Shown piece by piece: positions 37,011 through 51,173 of a stretch of 64,000 bases of DNA. The position numbers and the translations under genes were made by a program. The notes beneath the pieces are model-generated. The model saw only the letters and a program-made list of their open reading frames with translations, was not told where the DNA came from and did no database searches. The stretch is from Vicugna vicugna (Eukaryota). The stretch's first letter is position 1; each line of letters starts with the position of its first letter. The stretch lies in contig MU058669.1 of the NCBI GenBank assembly GCA_013265495.1, forward strand, positions 1,162,234 to 1,226,233. The letters run 5' to 3'.

Positions 37011-39727
37011 GTTCCTTTCCTTATTGTGGTGCCTAGGATACTGTTGTACTTCACCAGGAGGTGGATCGTATAGAATCCTTTCTATATCCCTTGCATCTGC
37101 TTCAACTGTGGAAACATACAGAATGTGAGAGCTGGCCGCTGCATTAGAGATCATCTAGCTTCAGACTTCTTTTCTCAGAAAGGTTTCTGATGCTCTGATG
37201 AGCTATGTGCTGATCAGAGCCCAGACTGCTATACCTTCTTCCCCACAGTTCTCCATCCTCTTCATCCCTAGGGGACATTTAATAACGTGATGGGAGGTAA
37301 GGGACCTGGAGACGCAGAGAGCCTAAAGGGAGATGAGAAGAAATTTAACCTGTTGGAAAGAGAACTTGGAATAAGCTTAGACTTAAATCAGATGAGAAAC
37401 ATGCCCCTAAGCCCTTCTCACATAAGCCCATAGCCAAAGGCAATCACTTGCAGCACAAGAAAATGTTAAGTTAAATGAATTAAAAGTTGTGTGTGCCAAG
37501 GCGGAACAGACTTGCTAACAGTGAGAGACCCATTTAATGAATATCGGCTAAGGTGTAGATTTATGCACAATAAAATTCTGCATTTGACAGATTTTTACTA
37601 CTCTACATTTCAAGTTTATACAAAGAGCTAATAATTTTTCTCGATAGGCCATTCTTTCCAAATGCATTTAATCAGTGATAAGAACAACAAAGAGGTCTCA
37701 TTCTATGCCTCAGCCTTCATAGTTCCCCGTTTGCTTTTTCTATGTTTAAAATAAAATTGCTCTTTGGAGAAAAAATTTAACAGGCCTAGGTAGCACTTTG
37801 AATGTGGGTCAGCATGCAGGAATGTCAGAGTGTCCTTAGGGGTCATATTAGAGGCCATTTTTCAGTATGGAAAACCAAGACCCCCAGGTGATTTATAGCA
37901 GAAAACCAGGTTCTCCTGGAGAAATACTGTGTCAGCTTCCAAATGATAAAGCCTTGTGCTTGGAAAAATAACCTGGGTGTTCTTCTACTTGTTATGAGTG
38001 GGGTACTTCATCTCTGCCACCCCTCTATGACTTTGATGTTTGAAACGCCAGTGTTCTTCGTGTCAGGTTTTACTCTTGTTACGCAGAGGGGCCATGGTCA
38101 CTGGGACCAGCAGTGCAAATATAAAAAGTTTGTTGAGAAAAAACTTACAGGAGAAGTAGTAGAGTGCATGGGCAAGGCTTAACCCGTCTACAGGCATTAT
38201 GGCCAACCTTCTGAAAGAGAGGGGCCGGGGCCCTGGCATATGCTGTATATATTTGCAGGGTCAGGCATCGGGGACATTGATGTGACTATTTAAGTAGTGT
38301 GCTGAGGCACACTTCCACTGCATCCTAAAAGCTGATGATCCTCACCTTTCCCCAGTTGGATCTTCATCACTTCACATCGTCAGCTTAATGTTGGCCACGG
38401 TGAGGATACTTGCACATCAGAAATTGAAAAATACTACAAAGTGGGGATTTTGGGGCTGGGGGGCTGGAGGGAGATACTCTATTAGCACATAGGTGCAACT
38501 GTGTGCTAATGGGAAGCTTTCTGGTTAGAGCAGTGCCCCTGTTAGAAAGACAAAGCCTTGGGAGCTTACCCAGATCTTCTGAGCTCTCTTCTGCAAAGCT
38601 ACTCAAAAAGAGGCAGGGGAATGAGCCTTACAGGGCAGTCTAGATCTGTCCCTCATCGGCTCTCTTGTAAAAGTTTCATTCTCCAAAGAGTAAAAATAAT
38701 TATAACATTAATAGCTAATAGCAAAAAACCCTTACCATGTGCCAGCTACTTTGCTAATTTGTCATTTAGTTCTCAAAGTAATCGTCATTACAGTTTTTAT
38801 CACCATTTTATATGGGAGGAAACCAAGGCCTATAACATAATATATAATTTGCTTGAGGGATTAGAGCTTTTTGAGAGGCAATGGCAAAGGCCAGTCAGAT
38901 TCTAGACCTGGAACTCCTAAGCTTGATTCTGTTCTGTAGATTATTCTTAAGAATGGTGATTTCCAGTTTATGGACCCAGGCAGGGGGAGGCTGTAGAAGG
39001 GCTGAAAGGGAATTGAGTCCATTTGCACAGGAATCATTATGTAGACACCAAATAATTATCTCACACCTGTTCATACTACTGTTTTCAAATGTATCTGAAT
39101 ACTGTTGAGATGAATACATACTTGCTTTTTGAATGTATATTAGAATTAGTTAAGTGCCTACTGTGTTGTAAACATTTCACCATGTCCTGGGCATATAACA
39201 GCAAAATAGATAAATATGATCCTAATACAATAATAATACAATAATAAATACAATAATTAATAAAAGCTAAAAGGGCAATCCTATGATGTGAATTGAACAA
39301 AATCTTTGCTGATCCAGACAACACCTTGTTTTGGAAATGCTGGGGAACTCCTGCCTCTGGAGTGAATGCCTCTTGCCTCAGCAGTCTTGTCCCGAAAACT
39401 CACTGCCACTTGTCCTATATGTGCCTCGATTACCCCGTCGTTGGGGCTCCTATTATGGCTTCCTAACTCGCCTGTCACCCTCTGTTTCCTCTTGAGCCCA
39501 GTCTACCCAGCATGCACTGCCAAGTTCTTTCTGACAATTAGATATGAGAAATCATTTTCTTCTACTGAATGGTGGTCAAGTCTGGCCAACAGAATACAGG
39601 TCTAAGGATCAACGTGTATTTCTCTCTCTAACTTTGGTGTAAGTCTGTGTAAGTGACGCATACTCACGTCACTCTCGTGCTCAGTATTTAGGTATTGTAA
39701 TTCCTTCATCCTCCTCAGGATTGATTA

Positions 39728-39738
39728 CTCTCTCTGTC

Positions 39739-39792
<54 letters not shown>
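39728..39792. repeat. Compound (CTGT)n(CT)n(CA)n microsatellite
   Basis: Directly visible. Confidence 0.95.
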
Positions 39793-42689
39793 TCCAAAAG
39801 AAAAAGCAAAACGAAATAAAAGTGCCCAAACAACAAAAAAATTCAAAAACGTTTTAAAGGATTTGGCAAAGATCCCATCTGTCCAAAAGTGTAGATGCTG
39901 ATAAACTTGGCAAATATTCTCCCAGCAAGTCTCAAGAATCTCCCCTGTCAGATCTGAAATTTGCATCATTCTCTAACCTGCATACCATTTTCTTTTCATG
40001 TACATTATTTTCAAACATAACTGATGACTGAAAACTACTGTACATTAAGCATCCTGTACCAGATCTAGATAAGTTACCTGGTTGTTGCCCCTCAGCTAAT
40101 GTGCTTTTTTAAAATCAGTTGGTCTCCAACCTGAGAAAACCACCTTTTGAAATCTTAATGAAAACCTATTATGAGAAAGTTAATTGAAATGTGTCACTCT
40201 CTACCCACCCCCTCCCCCGGGGGTATGAGGTGTTGCTTTGTACGTGTGTGTGATCAGGATTTGCGAGGAAAATTTTTCCATAGTCATCTTCAGAGACTGC
40301 TTTTTGAAAGGCAAGCATACACTCTGATTTTAAGAAACATGATCGATATGTTTCTCCTCATGGTGTAGATGTCAAAGCAAATCAAGTGTGATTTGGGGGC
40401 TAATTTCTAGTTTACCTCGGCCAGTGTAGAAAGTCCTACACTGGCATGGTGATAAAATACAAGGAAATCATGGATGAACGTGGGGCTGGGGCGGGGGGCG
40501 GCTCTTCGTCAACCTTCCCATCAAGGCTCCAACACTGTGCTCTTGTGGAAATGCTCCTGGTACTGGGGTACTTCCTGCATGGCCTCCTGCTTGCAAAACC
40601 ACATGCTAACACTCTACAGCTTCATTAATGAAAGAAGGATAATTAGGAGAGCTCCATCAGATTTCACAGTGAACATCTGGTTTGGAACGTTTGTAATTTT
40701 TTTCTTTTTTTCTTTTTTTTTTCTTTTTTGGCTACTGAGGAGATCCTCACATTCAATGTCAAGATGGGGGTATAACTGAGACTTTCCCTGCTGACAGTAT
40801 AACTGCCTTTCATTGCTACAACACAAATAATTACTTATAAAACAGCAGTTGGTCTGCTTAAAAAATTCAAATTAATGTTCTAGGTATTTTTAGACATCCT
40901 TTGCTACAGACCTTCCCCATTCGCTCCCAGATCAAGTGGCCACTCTTAAAAGAATCAGTTAGCGTGATGAATACTCCGACAGCTGATTTCTGTAGATGCG
41001 TTCACCTTAATTACTCCTTTCTTTTTCCACTTGTTGAAGATTGTTCGTCTCTTCTCTACAGTCATCTATAGCTGAGGTATATGGACTCTGTTTTTATTTA
41101 TAGTTATTTCATCCAAGGATCCAGTCATGAACTTACGAACCCATTGTGTTTGTCTCTTTTCATCACCAAGAGAGAGCAGAGAAGCTGTTTGTTGAGAAAA
41201 GAATAGAGCTTAGAATTTAATGTATCAAGCTGGGTTTAGGTGTGGTGTCAGGTTCCAACCACGTCTCAAGAGTGATTTTCTACCCGCTGTACCTGGGTCT
41301 GTCTTTTTCTGTCCTGGCCTGTATTAAAGCCCTCCAGTTGTTGGTCCTATGGAAAGCTCCTATTATCAGAGTGATATCATGGATTACAAGCGAGATATAA
41401 CCCTGATCTTGCTAACTTAACACAATTTTAAAAAGACATTGGCCATGTGCAGAAGCAAGGAGGACCAGTCATGGGCATATGGAGGAACCAATTCATATTT
41501 TGCCATTTTCCCCCCAAGATTCAAAGTTCAGAGAGAAGGGAACCAATTGCCTGAATTTAGGGCATACGTCCACTGTCAAGTTTACCTGAGTGATATGGGG
41601 ATGGATCTGGTATTATCGTTCCTCAAGGAAGTCCTTAACCATGGCAAGAGTATCTTAAACAGGTTCCTCCACTAAATCGTAGGACAGAGAATATTATTTA
41701 TGTGGCCATTTTATTTTCTTAATTCTTTTAAGGATGGTGTATAACTACTACTAGTCTATGTACCTGGGGAGAGAAATAACTATGTGCAATGAATGTTTAG
41801 ACACCAAAACTTAATTCTTTTCTGAAGCCCAGTTGGCTCCATTTGGTAAAATAGACAGTTTACTAGCCCCTTACAGCTGCACTCAGGAGAGGAGATACAG
41901 TTCCTCAAGAGGAAATCAGGATGCTGTTAGGAAGTAGAAGCTGAGCAGCCAAAAACCATTTTTGCCCCAAAACATACACAATAAATTTTTGACAATCACA
42001 AGGCAGCACTTTCCGAAGTGTTTTATGTGGATTTCTGATATCCCTCAAGCCACTGATCGGTGTTTGCAGACAAATGTTTTCTTAGAAAAAAAGTTTAGGA
42101 AAGACTCTAATCAAAGGAGTTTAATAATATAAAAGTTATAAACAGTCCTACAATAAATAGTCAAGAGGTCTGTTTAGCTGTATTTCCGAAACTTACATGA
42201 GTTTTGAATCTTTTGATAGTATATACCACAGAAATTACTGTTGTAAAGAATTTACTTTAGAAAATAGTCTTAAAGAAATATGTTCTGATACTTTCAGAAG
42301 TTCTCTTACTTGCTGGTGTTACTCTAGGGTTTAAATTCCCTAAAGGAAATGATAATAGCCAAAGTAGAGGATCTTGAAATGGTGTCTACATGATTCACTT
42401 GTCATTCCTTCCCTGAGTATCCACTATTTTTCCACCTCCTTTCAGGGGGCCCTGCCTGTAAAGAACGGGAACATTATGTTGCATGGGCCTCTTCTCTTCC
42501 CTTGGGTGTAGACTGGGGAGTTACCTGGGGAGCTTTGAAAACTGTTGTCTCCCACCTTGAGCTATGAACTTAGCCTAACTGTGTGTAAGTGGTACCTTGA
42601 CAGAACAGCCAGTGATGGTGGGAAGCCATCATGGTTGGCAGAAATTGTTTAAATAAACATGCAGGACATGAAGACATACTGAAGCAAAG

Positions 42690-42842
42690 GTTTTGGAGGG
42701 CGTGATGAAACACAGATGCCTGGGTTGTACCTCAGAGTTCTCTATTCAGTAGGTCTGTGGTTGGGCTTGAACATTCATACTTTCTGTTGAGTTTCTAGGT
42801 GATGCTGTTGCTGGTCCCAGTAGCACATTTTGAGAATCACCT
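42690..42842. mobile_element. MER5A hAT-Charlie MITE
   Basis: aaacacagatgcctggg...ttcagtaggtctgtggttgggcttga...ggtgatgctgttgctggtcc...ttttgagaatcac. Confidence 0.8.
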
Positions 42843-44299
42843 AGAACATGCAAATACACAATCGAGGATGTTTTCAGCCAAGTAGTTATATCCACTCCCC
42901 CAGTTGGCACATGAATTTGTGTGTATGAGAACATATTGTCTTCTGTCAGGTGTTACGCCCACCTACAGGTTTCTTACCTTTTTTTCACTCTAGAATGTAT
43001 TGAATCTGGGGTTGGTATTGTGTTACCTAGCCTTGTCCACCATACAGTGAAGGAAAGTGATTTTCTCAAAACTGAATTTTAAGAAGAATCTAGATTTGCG
43101 CTCCCTGGGGATTGGAGGCCACAGAGAATATGTGATGTGTGGCGCATAGGCATTTGACATCAGGGATGGAGGCCAAGAGGGATTTTTCTATACTTATTTT
43201 TAGAGACTGTTTCTTGAAAGAAAGAAGCAAGTAAGCTCTTACTTCGAAAGCACTGATTAAGATAACTCTGCCTCTGTAGAGGTAACTCAGAATAAAATCA
43301 GGTGTGACTTGAACTATTTTCTCAGTCAAGTTACGAAGAATCATCTTTGTGAGGATCTTTCTCAGCTATTAAAGTATTGACATACATAGAAACATGACCT
43401 GAAGCATAGAACCAAAGCTTCTGATTGGTTTACCACAGAATGTTAAATCAGCATTTTAAAGAAATGGTGAATTATTATCACATCCTATACCAACAATAAA
43501 TAGTGTGAAATTAAATCTTAACTTTTAATTAATATTTTATAACCTGTTTTAATATAATTTATCCTCTAAAATATTTAAAATATTTTATAAGTCATGATCT
43601 ATTAAAATAGTAGGGCTTATGTAAAATTTATAGATAATTAAATATGCATGTGCCAGAGTGTAAGCACATTTATTTGTGAATAAAATTTTTGCTGATATAG
43701 TATTTTAAAAAAGTTTAGAAACCACTTCTTTAAGAAGTTTAAGAGGTCTTAGGGATGTTACTTGAAACTGAGAGTCTTGTGTGCATGGACCAATTCATCT
43801 AAAGTGTTTCAGGCAACACATCAGCCCTAATACTCATCAGCTAATGCTAAACCATCTCTATATGTTATCAGTAGGTTAACTTGCATTTGAATAGCCACTA
43901 AATCCTAAAATATTAGACTTGTTTTTGGGATAGAGGACTTTTCTTTGAACCAGAGCTATTAGCTGGCTTTCAATTCACGAAACCAGTGATCCTGTAAGAG
44001 TTTATTACCACATGTTAAATTATAGTAGGGCATCAATGGCAAAAGATGAGCAGTCCTCTGAAGTGCCAGTCATGATCAATGGTTGCTAAGCAAGTGCTTA
44101 TCCATAAGGAGGCCATCATCTCCTGTTAACCCACTGTCCAACTCTAAGCATAATTGGCAGGGAAAAAAAAAAAAGCAAAAAGGGAAACATGGTGGTATCG
44201 TTAATCCTATGGGGTGAAGAAACCTCCAGCGTCCATTTCTGACATACTTCTAATTTCCTATTCTAATATTCCAGTATTACAGTAATCTTCTTTGTGACA

Positions 44300-44525
44300 A
44301 TAGCAACAGATAGCTATCTAGCCCTTACTATAAGCCAGGCACTACTCTAAATATATGTCATTTCTTTAGTTAAAAAAGTCTTAGAAGGTAGATTATTATT
44401 CTCATTTTAGAGATGACGAAACTGACAGAGAAAGTGTAAGTGACTTGCCCAAAGCTAGTAAGCAGTAAAGAAAAGATTCAAAATGAAGCAGTCTGATTCC
44501 AGAAGTTGGATTTCTAAACACTTCA
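44300..44525 (-). mobile_element. MIR SINE
   Basis: cattttagagatgacgaaactgacagagaaagtgtaagtgacttgcccaaagctagtaag. Confidence 0.8.
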
Positions 44526-44531
44526 TATGTC

Positions 44532-44691
44532 CAGTGGTCCTGGAGCAGAGTAACTGTCAGAATCAAGGAAAGGAAGTCTTCAAAATTACAGATGCCCCAG
44601 TTTCACTGGGGACCTAGTGACTTAAACTGTGCTAGGGGTTCTGATAGGCAAGTTCCCACCTTACGTGTAGCACAAACATTGAGAACCAATG
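44532..44691. mobile_element. MER5B-like hAT-Charlie MITE
   Basis: Termini cagtggtcct...ttgagaaccaatg; internal tcagaatca...aaaattacagatgcccc. Confidence 0.6.
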
Positions 44692-44740
44692 ACTTCACCT
44701 AATATCTTTTGTTTTTTGACTGGGGAAATGGAGTCTCACC

Positions 44741-45312
44741 TGTGCCATAAAGGGTGAACTCAGCAGCCTGGGCTGTCCAAATGCTGTACATTCCAGAGGT
44801 CTTCAGGACTGGCCCCTAACTGGCTGCTGGAAAATAACATCTAAGACCTAGAAATATCCTGCCTGATAAGAGTATCTTTGTATACGTGGTTCTTACTCCT
44901 CTGGGGTCCTAGACCATGCTGTGTCAGTTTGACCTCTAGGGGGCAGTGCTGAAGAATGAGTAGCTAAGGTCAGTCATGTGGGTGCCCCGTGACTGTGCCT
45001 ATGAGACTGACCTCCACTCTGGACAGCAAGGCTCAGGGGAGCCTCCCTGGTTGGCAGTTCTTTGAACACGTTGTCACACACTGTTGCAAAGAATTAAGCA
45101 CTGCTGTGCGCCTCCACTGGGAGAAGACAGCTGGAAGCTGGCACCTGGTATCTCGTAGAATTTATCCTCTTTGCCTTTTATCTTTACTGATTTTCATGTA
45201 TAGCCTTTTGCTGTAATAAAAACTGTAACTTTGCATATAACAGCTTATCAGAGTTCTGTGAGCCTTCTAGTGAATTATTGAAACTGAAGTTGGTCTTGAA
45301 GGGCCCTGGCAC
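44741..45312 (+). mobile_element. MER21-like (MER21C) LTR
   Basis: aatatcctgcctgataagagtatctttgtatac, caaggctcaggggagcctccctggttggca, ctccactgggagaagacagctggaagct, polyA signal gtaataaa, gagttctgtgagccttctagtgaattattgaaactg. Confidence 0.8.
44931..44948 (+). promoter_or_regulatory. CTCF core motif match
   Basis: GACCTCTAGGGGGCAGTG versus consensus CC(A/T)(C/G)(C/T)AG(A/G)(G/T)GGC(A/G); binding not shown. Confidence 0.45.
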
Positions 45313-46639
45313 CTTACCCAACCCTCCACCTACCCATAATTTATTTCTGTGAGCTCAGGGATCACACTCATTTTTATGCTTGGTTTTGTTTTGTTTTTTT
45401 TTTGGCCTAGAATGTGCTAGATATTTCACTTATATTTGTTGACTAAATTAATTACTTCCATAATGAGAGATGAGATCTTTACCTGTGAGTCTGCCAGCTG
45501 TTGATCATCATCATGGCACTGTCTTGGCCCCACCCTTCCCTGCTGCGTGCGTGGATTCCTCACCTCCCCTCGTCATGGATTTTGGTCTTTGGAAGCACCA
45601 ACCCCTCTCTGCCTTCTTTCTCAAGGTTTGGGATAAATGTCAAGTGAGCTTTCTTTTACAGAAAGTCTGTAATCTCTTAATAATGGAATTTCTCCCTAAA
45701 CCATATGTCACAGAAATATTTAGTGCATAACAAAGGGACATCTGTGGAGGGAGAGGTCACTTCCTTCCACAGGTTCCCAAAAGGTACATTAAAATTCGAT
45801 ATTTGAAAAGTCAGAGCAAAAAGACCTTCCTGGCAGATGGATAGTCATCAAATTAGGAAAATGTTCGTCATGAATTGAGGGTGTTAGGTACTTAATTTGG
45901 GTGGAATCTTGGTAGTATTAAGTGAAGAATGATTTTTTTTAAAAAAAAGACAGGGATTAGGTCATGAATGGCCTTCAATGCAAAACTGAGACATTTGAAT
46001 TTTACCCTTAAATCCCTGGGAGCTATTGAAAGATTCAGAAGTAGGAAATCAAATGGTAAACTCCACCTTCAGAAGCTGCAAGCTAGACTGGTTGCGATAA
46101 GAGAGAAACGACACAAGGAGAAACCAATTAGGAGGCTGTTGCAATAAAAGATGAAGAGGAAGCAGCAAAATCTGCTTTTCAGTCTTCACACCAGTTTACA
46201 ACAGAACCGTGAATTCCTGAATTATCAAAAGCAGCAGCATGTTCATCTTTGGTGCCTTAAAACTGTCTTCCTCTTCAAAGGAAGCATTTTGAACCCGTTG
46301 TAAAATCGTACGTCAGCTGGGAACCACAGAATTCCCCTGGCAACTTTCTAAGGTCATTTAATAGGAATGATTTAGGTGAACATCCCCGTCATCCCCAAGA
46401 AATCCCCTCAGTCTTGAATCATGACAAAATACATCGGTTTCCCTACTTTATCTTCCAGCTTAACATTGCTTCATATATAGGTGTGTTCGTACCTTTGCTC
46501 ATTTATCCTGATTCTAAATGCATAGAGTGGACATAGGCCAGAACTGAGGCAATGATTTGGAAAATCCAAGCCAAAAAATCAGTAAAAGTTAATGAACTGA
46601 TTTCTGGAATCAGATTTCCTAAGTTCCGTTTATGATCAA

Positions 46640-47148
46640 CAACTTCAAACCCTCCATTATTTCCTTATTTCTAACTCACTGCCTGTAATATCTCAATAAT
46701 CCTTTGATCCTACGGTTCTCTAATCCATGATCCTTCCAGATTCTTACTATCCCTTTGCCCCTTGATACACTCACTGTCCTCCTTATCCTATATCAATTGT
46801 TATAATCAATTCGTTGATTCGCTTCTCTTTTTCTGTGGCTTGGCAAACACCACCTGGCTAAATCCAGTTTTCCATGTACTCTAGGACAGAACCTTCTCTT
46901 GATTTTTCTCTTGTTTCCCTGATTACCCCTTAATATCCTTTCTGCATTTCTCCTCTTCTTCCCACGCTCTTAATGGTTAGGGTGTTCCTTCTGTGTACAC
47001 TCTGCTCTCTTCCTCTATGCAGGCTTCATTGCGGATCTCTTCCCATCTTGGCTTTAAACTCCATCTGTGTTCTGATGTATGCATTCATCTGAGATCTCTC
47101 TCCTGATTTGCATATCCAGTGGCCTACTCAGCATCTCCACTTGGACAT
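46640..47148 (+). mobile_element. L2 fragment
   Basis: ctttaaactccatctgtgttctgatg...ctctcctga...catatccagtggcctactcagcatctccacttgga; resumes at ~47930-48125. Confidence 0.65.
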
Positions 47149-47782
47149 TGTGCTGGTTATTTACCTAATGACTCTCAGCCCCAAATCTAGTCTTTGAAAT
47201 TCTGCTCATTGATGTTAGTCTTGGGACTCTGAAAATTATGATTTCCCAGATTCCCTTGCCACTGACTTCCTCTTAGATTCTCCCAAATGGAGTCTTGAGA
47301 GAGAACTGGGTACCCTGTTTCCTATGCCCTTGACCCGCCTTTTATTTCAGCTGCGGTGTGGTGAGTCCTGCTGTGCTTGCTGACTGTGTTCTGTCTCAAG
47401 GGCTTGCCATTGTCTTTCAGCTTTTATGCTTCAGGGTTCTCTCCCGAGCCTGAGGACTCACTTAGCCTGTATATAGATGCAGCACAGAAATTCAGGAGAA
47501 TTAACACTGCTGCAGAAAACCTTCAACCAAATGGGATTGACTAAATACCCATCCCCTTGGCCTTTATGTGGACAATTCTGGGAGGAATTCTGGATACTTA
47601 CCATAAAAAGAACCCATTTCCTATTGCTTAAAATAAACAACCTTCCTAATCCATTCATTTTCGGTGCTTTTCTTTTCACACCTTCTTTCCCCACTTCCTC
47701 ACACCTGCTTCCAGGGATCCCCTCATAAATAAACTGCACCCAAATCTTTGTAATTTACTTTCAGAGGAACTCAGACTAAGAC
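47149..47782 (+). mobile_element. ERVL LTR(s): LTR33-like start followed by an LTR16C-like element
   Basis: tttcccagattcccttgcca...cttcctcttagattc; 3' end gggatcccctcataaataaactgcacccaaatc...ggaactcagactaagaca. Confidence 0.65.
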
Positions 47783-48129
47783 AGCAGAAGAATTGGAAGG
47801 GGTTCCCTTTGTTTGCTTTGTTTTGTTTACTTCTAGTTCCTGCAGGGTTGTTCCAGAGTGGGTAACATTAACCCAGCCTCTGGCTGCCTTCAGCACTGGC
47901 AGACACCCCCTTCATCTACCCCTTCGTGCTTACCACCTTCTAATATGCTATTTGGTTTACTTATTTATTATGTTTATTATTTATGGTTTATCTGTTCCCA
48001 CTCTAAATTCTTTGAGGACAGAGATCACTGCTTATTTTATTCATTGATCTACCCCAGCTGCCAAGAAAGGGTGTCTGAGCCCATAGTATTCATTAAATAT
48101 TTATTGAACAAAACAGTGAATGGCTTGAC

Positions 48130-48315
48130 CTCTTAGTTATTCAGCTGAGGAAAGTTGCTTAGCATCTCAATTTCAATTTCTTTACCTATAAAATATTTTT
48201 GAAGTTACCTTTTTTTATAGATTTTTGTACAAATTAAATGAGTTAATAAAAGGAAGGGGCTGAGAACAGTGCCTGGCACATAGTGAGCCCTTGCTACGCG
48301 TTAGTTATTATTAGT
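48130..48315 (+). mobile_element. MIR SINE
   Basis: attaaatgagttaata...gaacagtgcctggcacatagtgagc...gttagttattatta. Confidence 0.8.
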
Positions 48316-49851
48316 TTGAATGTTGATACTTCCTCCAGTGCATCATAGACATTGAACAATCAGACACACCATTCCTTTTTTCTCAGGTAAAATGTATCAA
48401 CTAGACAGAGATTGTCTTAATCCTAGACAGTCAGCGTGGCTTATGCAGACCCAGCCCAGCTCTGTCACTTCCTGTTTCCTGAACTTGGCTCTATATTATT
48501 TAGGGAGACATACTACCTTCCTTGGAGTTCTGTCAAGAATTTTTAACTAGCAGTAGTCAGGTTTTTTCACGATAAAAATTGAACTTTTGATTCACTCTGC
48601 CTTTAGGAGAAATTGGTTTATAAATAAAGGCTCCATGCCAAGAAGTCAGATAAGGAGTTAATTAATTGAATGTTCAGTGTGTGCTATGGCCAGAAAGTCA
48701 AAGCTTTATAGAATTTTTTTCCCTTTTGATCTAAAACCTTTTTTTTTTCCTCCTCTGCTGCATCCATGAAGCCATTGAACACTCGAGGTCGGCCTTAGAG
48801 AGAGTCTGGTGCAGCAGTGTTACGCAGTGGGGCGAAAGGCAGCAGTGGTGCATCAGAAATAAACCCGGCTCCTCCAGAAGGCGTAGCCAATAGGAAACAG
48901 GATGAGAAAACAGGCTGTGAGAGGGGGATTTATTTTCTAGACATTACCGAGCAGGTCAGTGGCACAGGCAGGACTGGGCACCTAGTTACCTGACTGTAGG
49001 TTGACAACCACCTGTCTGTTTCCTCACCTTTACAGAAATATCACACTCAGTTCTTCACAAATCAGAATCACACACAGAGGGAAAATCTGCTTTATCCTCT
49101 TTTAACAAGGCTTGAATTTTGCCTTTATTATGCAGGGAGAAACAGGCTTTGATCTTCCTCCTCCCTCTCCATTAGGCTTATAGTCTCTTACATTTTTAAA
49201 ATGCTACATAAGGAAGGAAAAAAAAAATCCCCCAAATGGACCACATGCTGACAAGCTCCTGGTGTTGTCAAATGGAGCTAGAGCATTATGTTTCAAAATT
49301 TCCTAGATGAGAACCTTGCCTTTTACAATGCTGCTTTCAATTTGGGGGGCTAAGTATTCTCTGGAGAAGGAGGTGGGGTGATAGGGAAGTAGCATTGGCC
49401 AAATGGAATTAAAATCAAGAGCTTCTTTGTTAAGAAATGATACCTTTGATAACCCGGCATCTTAGAAATCAGACTCCAGTTTACAAGTATTTTGGTATCC
49501 CCTACCCCTGCCCACCAGGAACAGAAAGATAGTTTTCCTAGGCACATCAGCAGATGGAATAAAGCTGGAACTGGTGTCGCGTCGGCTGTTCCCATCTGAC
49601 AGTGAAGCTTTCCAAGCACTTACTAGAAAAAAAGCACATTAAACTCTATAAGCTCTCGGTTTTGTGCTCAAGTTGAATATCAAACTGTGCTTCAAAACTT
49701 TGTCTTGTCAGGCCCAGCCATGCTGAACTTCCAAAAGAAAAAAAAAAAAAACCTGTCATGGGTCACATTACCTTACCTCCATGTCTATACGTAGGGGGTT
49801 CCCTCTACCTGGGGCACTCACCACCTCTATCCTGCCCACCATCTCCCTGCC

Positions 49852-50310
49852 CAGTGGTTAAGGGCAGCCCTCCCTTAATTCCAGTCTCAGGCCTTACACT
49901 AGCTGGTTGCGTACCACTGTAGGGAAAGTGCTGAACCTCTGTGAGTCTTGCTGTCCTCATCCAGGAGATAGAAGTAATACCAGCATCTCAGAAGATTGTC
50001 GTGAGAAATCAACTCATGTAAGAACGCTCGGAATAGTGACTGGCACATGGGAAGTGCTCAGTAAATATTAATCTTATAATTATTGTTATCATTATGAACG
50101 TGCTTGGAGTTTGGAGTCAGACACACTTGGATTCAGTCTAACTTGATTCCTGGATTGGCTGCTTACTAGGTATGTTAGTTACATTCCTCATCTGTAAAAG
50201 GTGAGGTCATTGTCCTCATCATCATCTTCAAACTTAACCGCAGAATGTTATAAAAATTAAATGAATAAGCAGCATGCCTGGAATGTGCTTAATACTAGTA
50301 ATACTTAATA
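49852..50310 (+). mobile_element. Two tandem MIR SINEs
   Basis: cagtggttaagggcag...tggcacatgggaagtgctcagtaaatatt; then ttggagtcagacacacttggattc...ttcctcatctgtaaaa. Confidence 0.75.
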
Positions 50311-50652
50311 ATTCCTTACTTGGTGATTTTACTTATTCTTTTAAGTCTCAGCTGTGGTGCTACTTTTTCCAGAAAAATTTGTTACTCATTAGGTCCAAGT
50401 TGTATGTATGCCCCTTGACTGGGCTTCCACAGTACCCTGAACTTTATTCTGCTGTGACAAGCCTTGCGATGTTGTCATTTCTGTTTACTTCCCTGTTTGC
50501 TACTCTAGATTCTGAGCTTCACCAAGGCAGGAATATTGCCTGCTTAATGCTCCATCATACCCTAATTAGCCAGTACATGGCCTGGGACATGGTAGGTTCA
50601 ATAAAAGACTAAGAAAGTCTTTGGTTGTTCCACCCTCTTCTCATCCTGTTTT

Positions 50653-51173
50653 TGTTACCAAGTCCAAACTCGTTCTGCTTACTACATGACAGGCCAGTAA
50701 ATCAGGAGACAAGGTGTTGGGGCAAGGAATATTGACTTTATTTGGAAAGCCGGCAGGCCTAGAGGATGGCAGACTAATGTCTCGGAGAACCATCCTACTT
50801 CAGTCAGAATACAGGCTCTTTTTATACCAAAACGGGAGGGAGTGTGGTTGGTTGTTGCAAACTTCTTGTTGCAGAAATTCTTTGTTCTTGCATGGGTCCA
50901 TGTGGGCCAGGCTATGGTGTCCCTGTAAACCTCCAACAAAACAAAGGTTATTCTCTATTTTGCAACTTGCCATCTCTACTTAAGTGCAGAAGAGCTAACA
51001 TTCTTAAAGGTCAGAGCCCCAAGAATAGGCTCTCCTGTATATTTCAGGCTAAAGGCAACATTGTTTTACCAAAAGTGCAAAGCTAGCAAGGCTAAGCCTA
51101 GAAAACAGGGCACAGTGGTTAAAAGTAAAGGCACATATCCAATATGGAGTCAGATTTGTTCTCCTGTATTACA
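50653..51173 (-). mobile_element. ERV1-class solo LTR (521 bp)
   Basis: TG...CA termini (tgttac...attaca), 4-bp TSD tttt (50649-52/51174-77), minus-strand AATAAA near 50740 and TATAAAAA near 50822. Confidence 0.85.
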
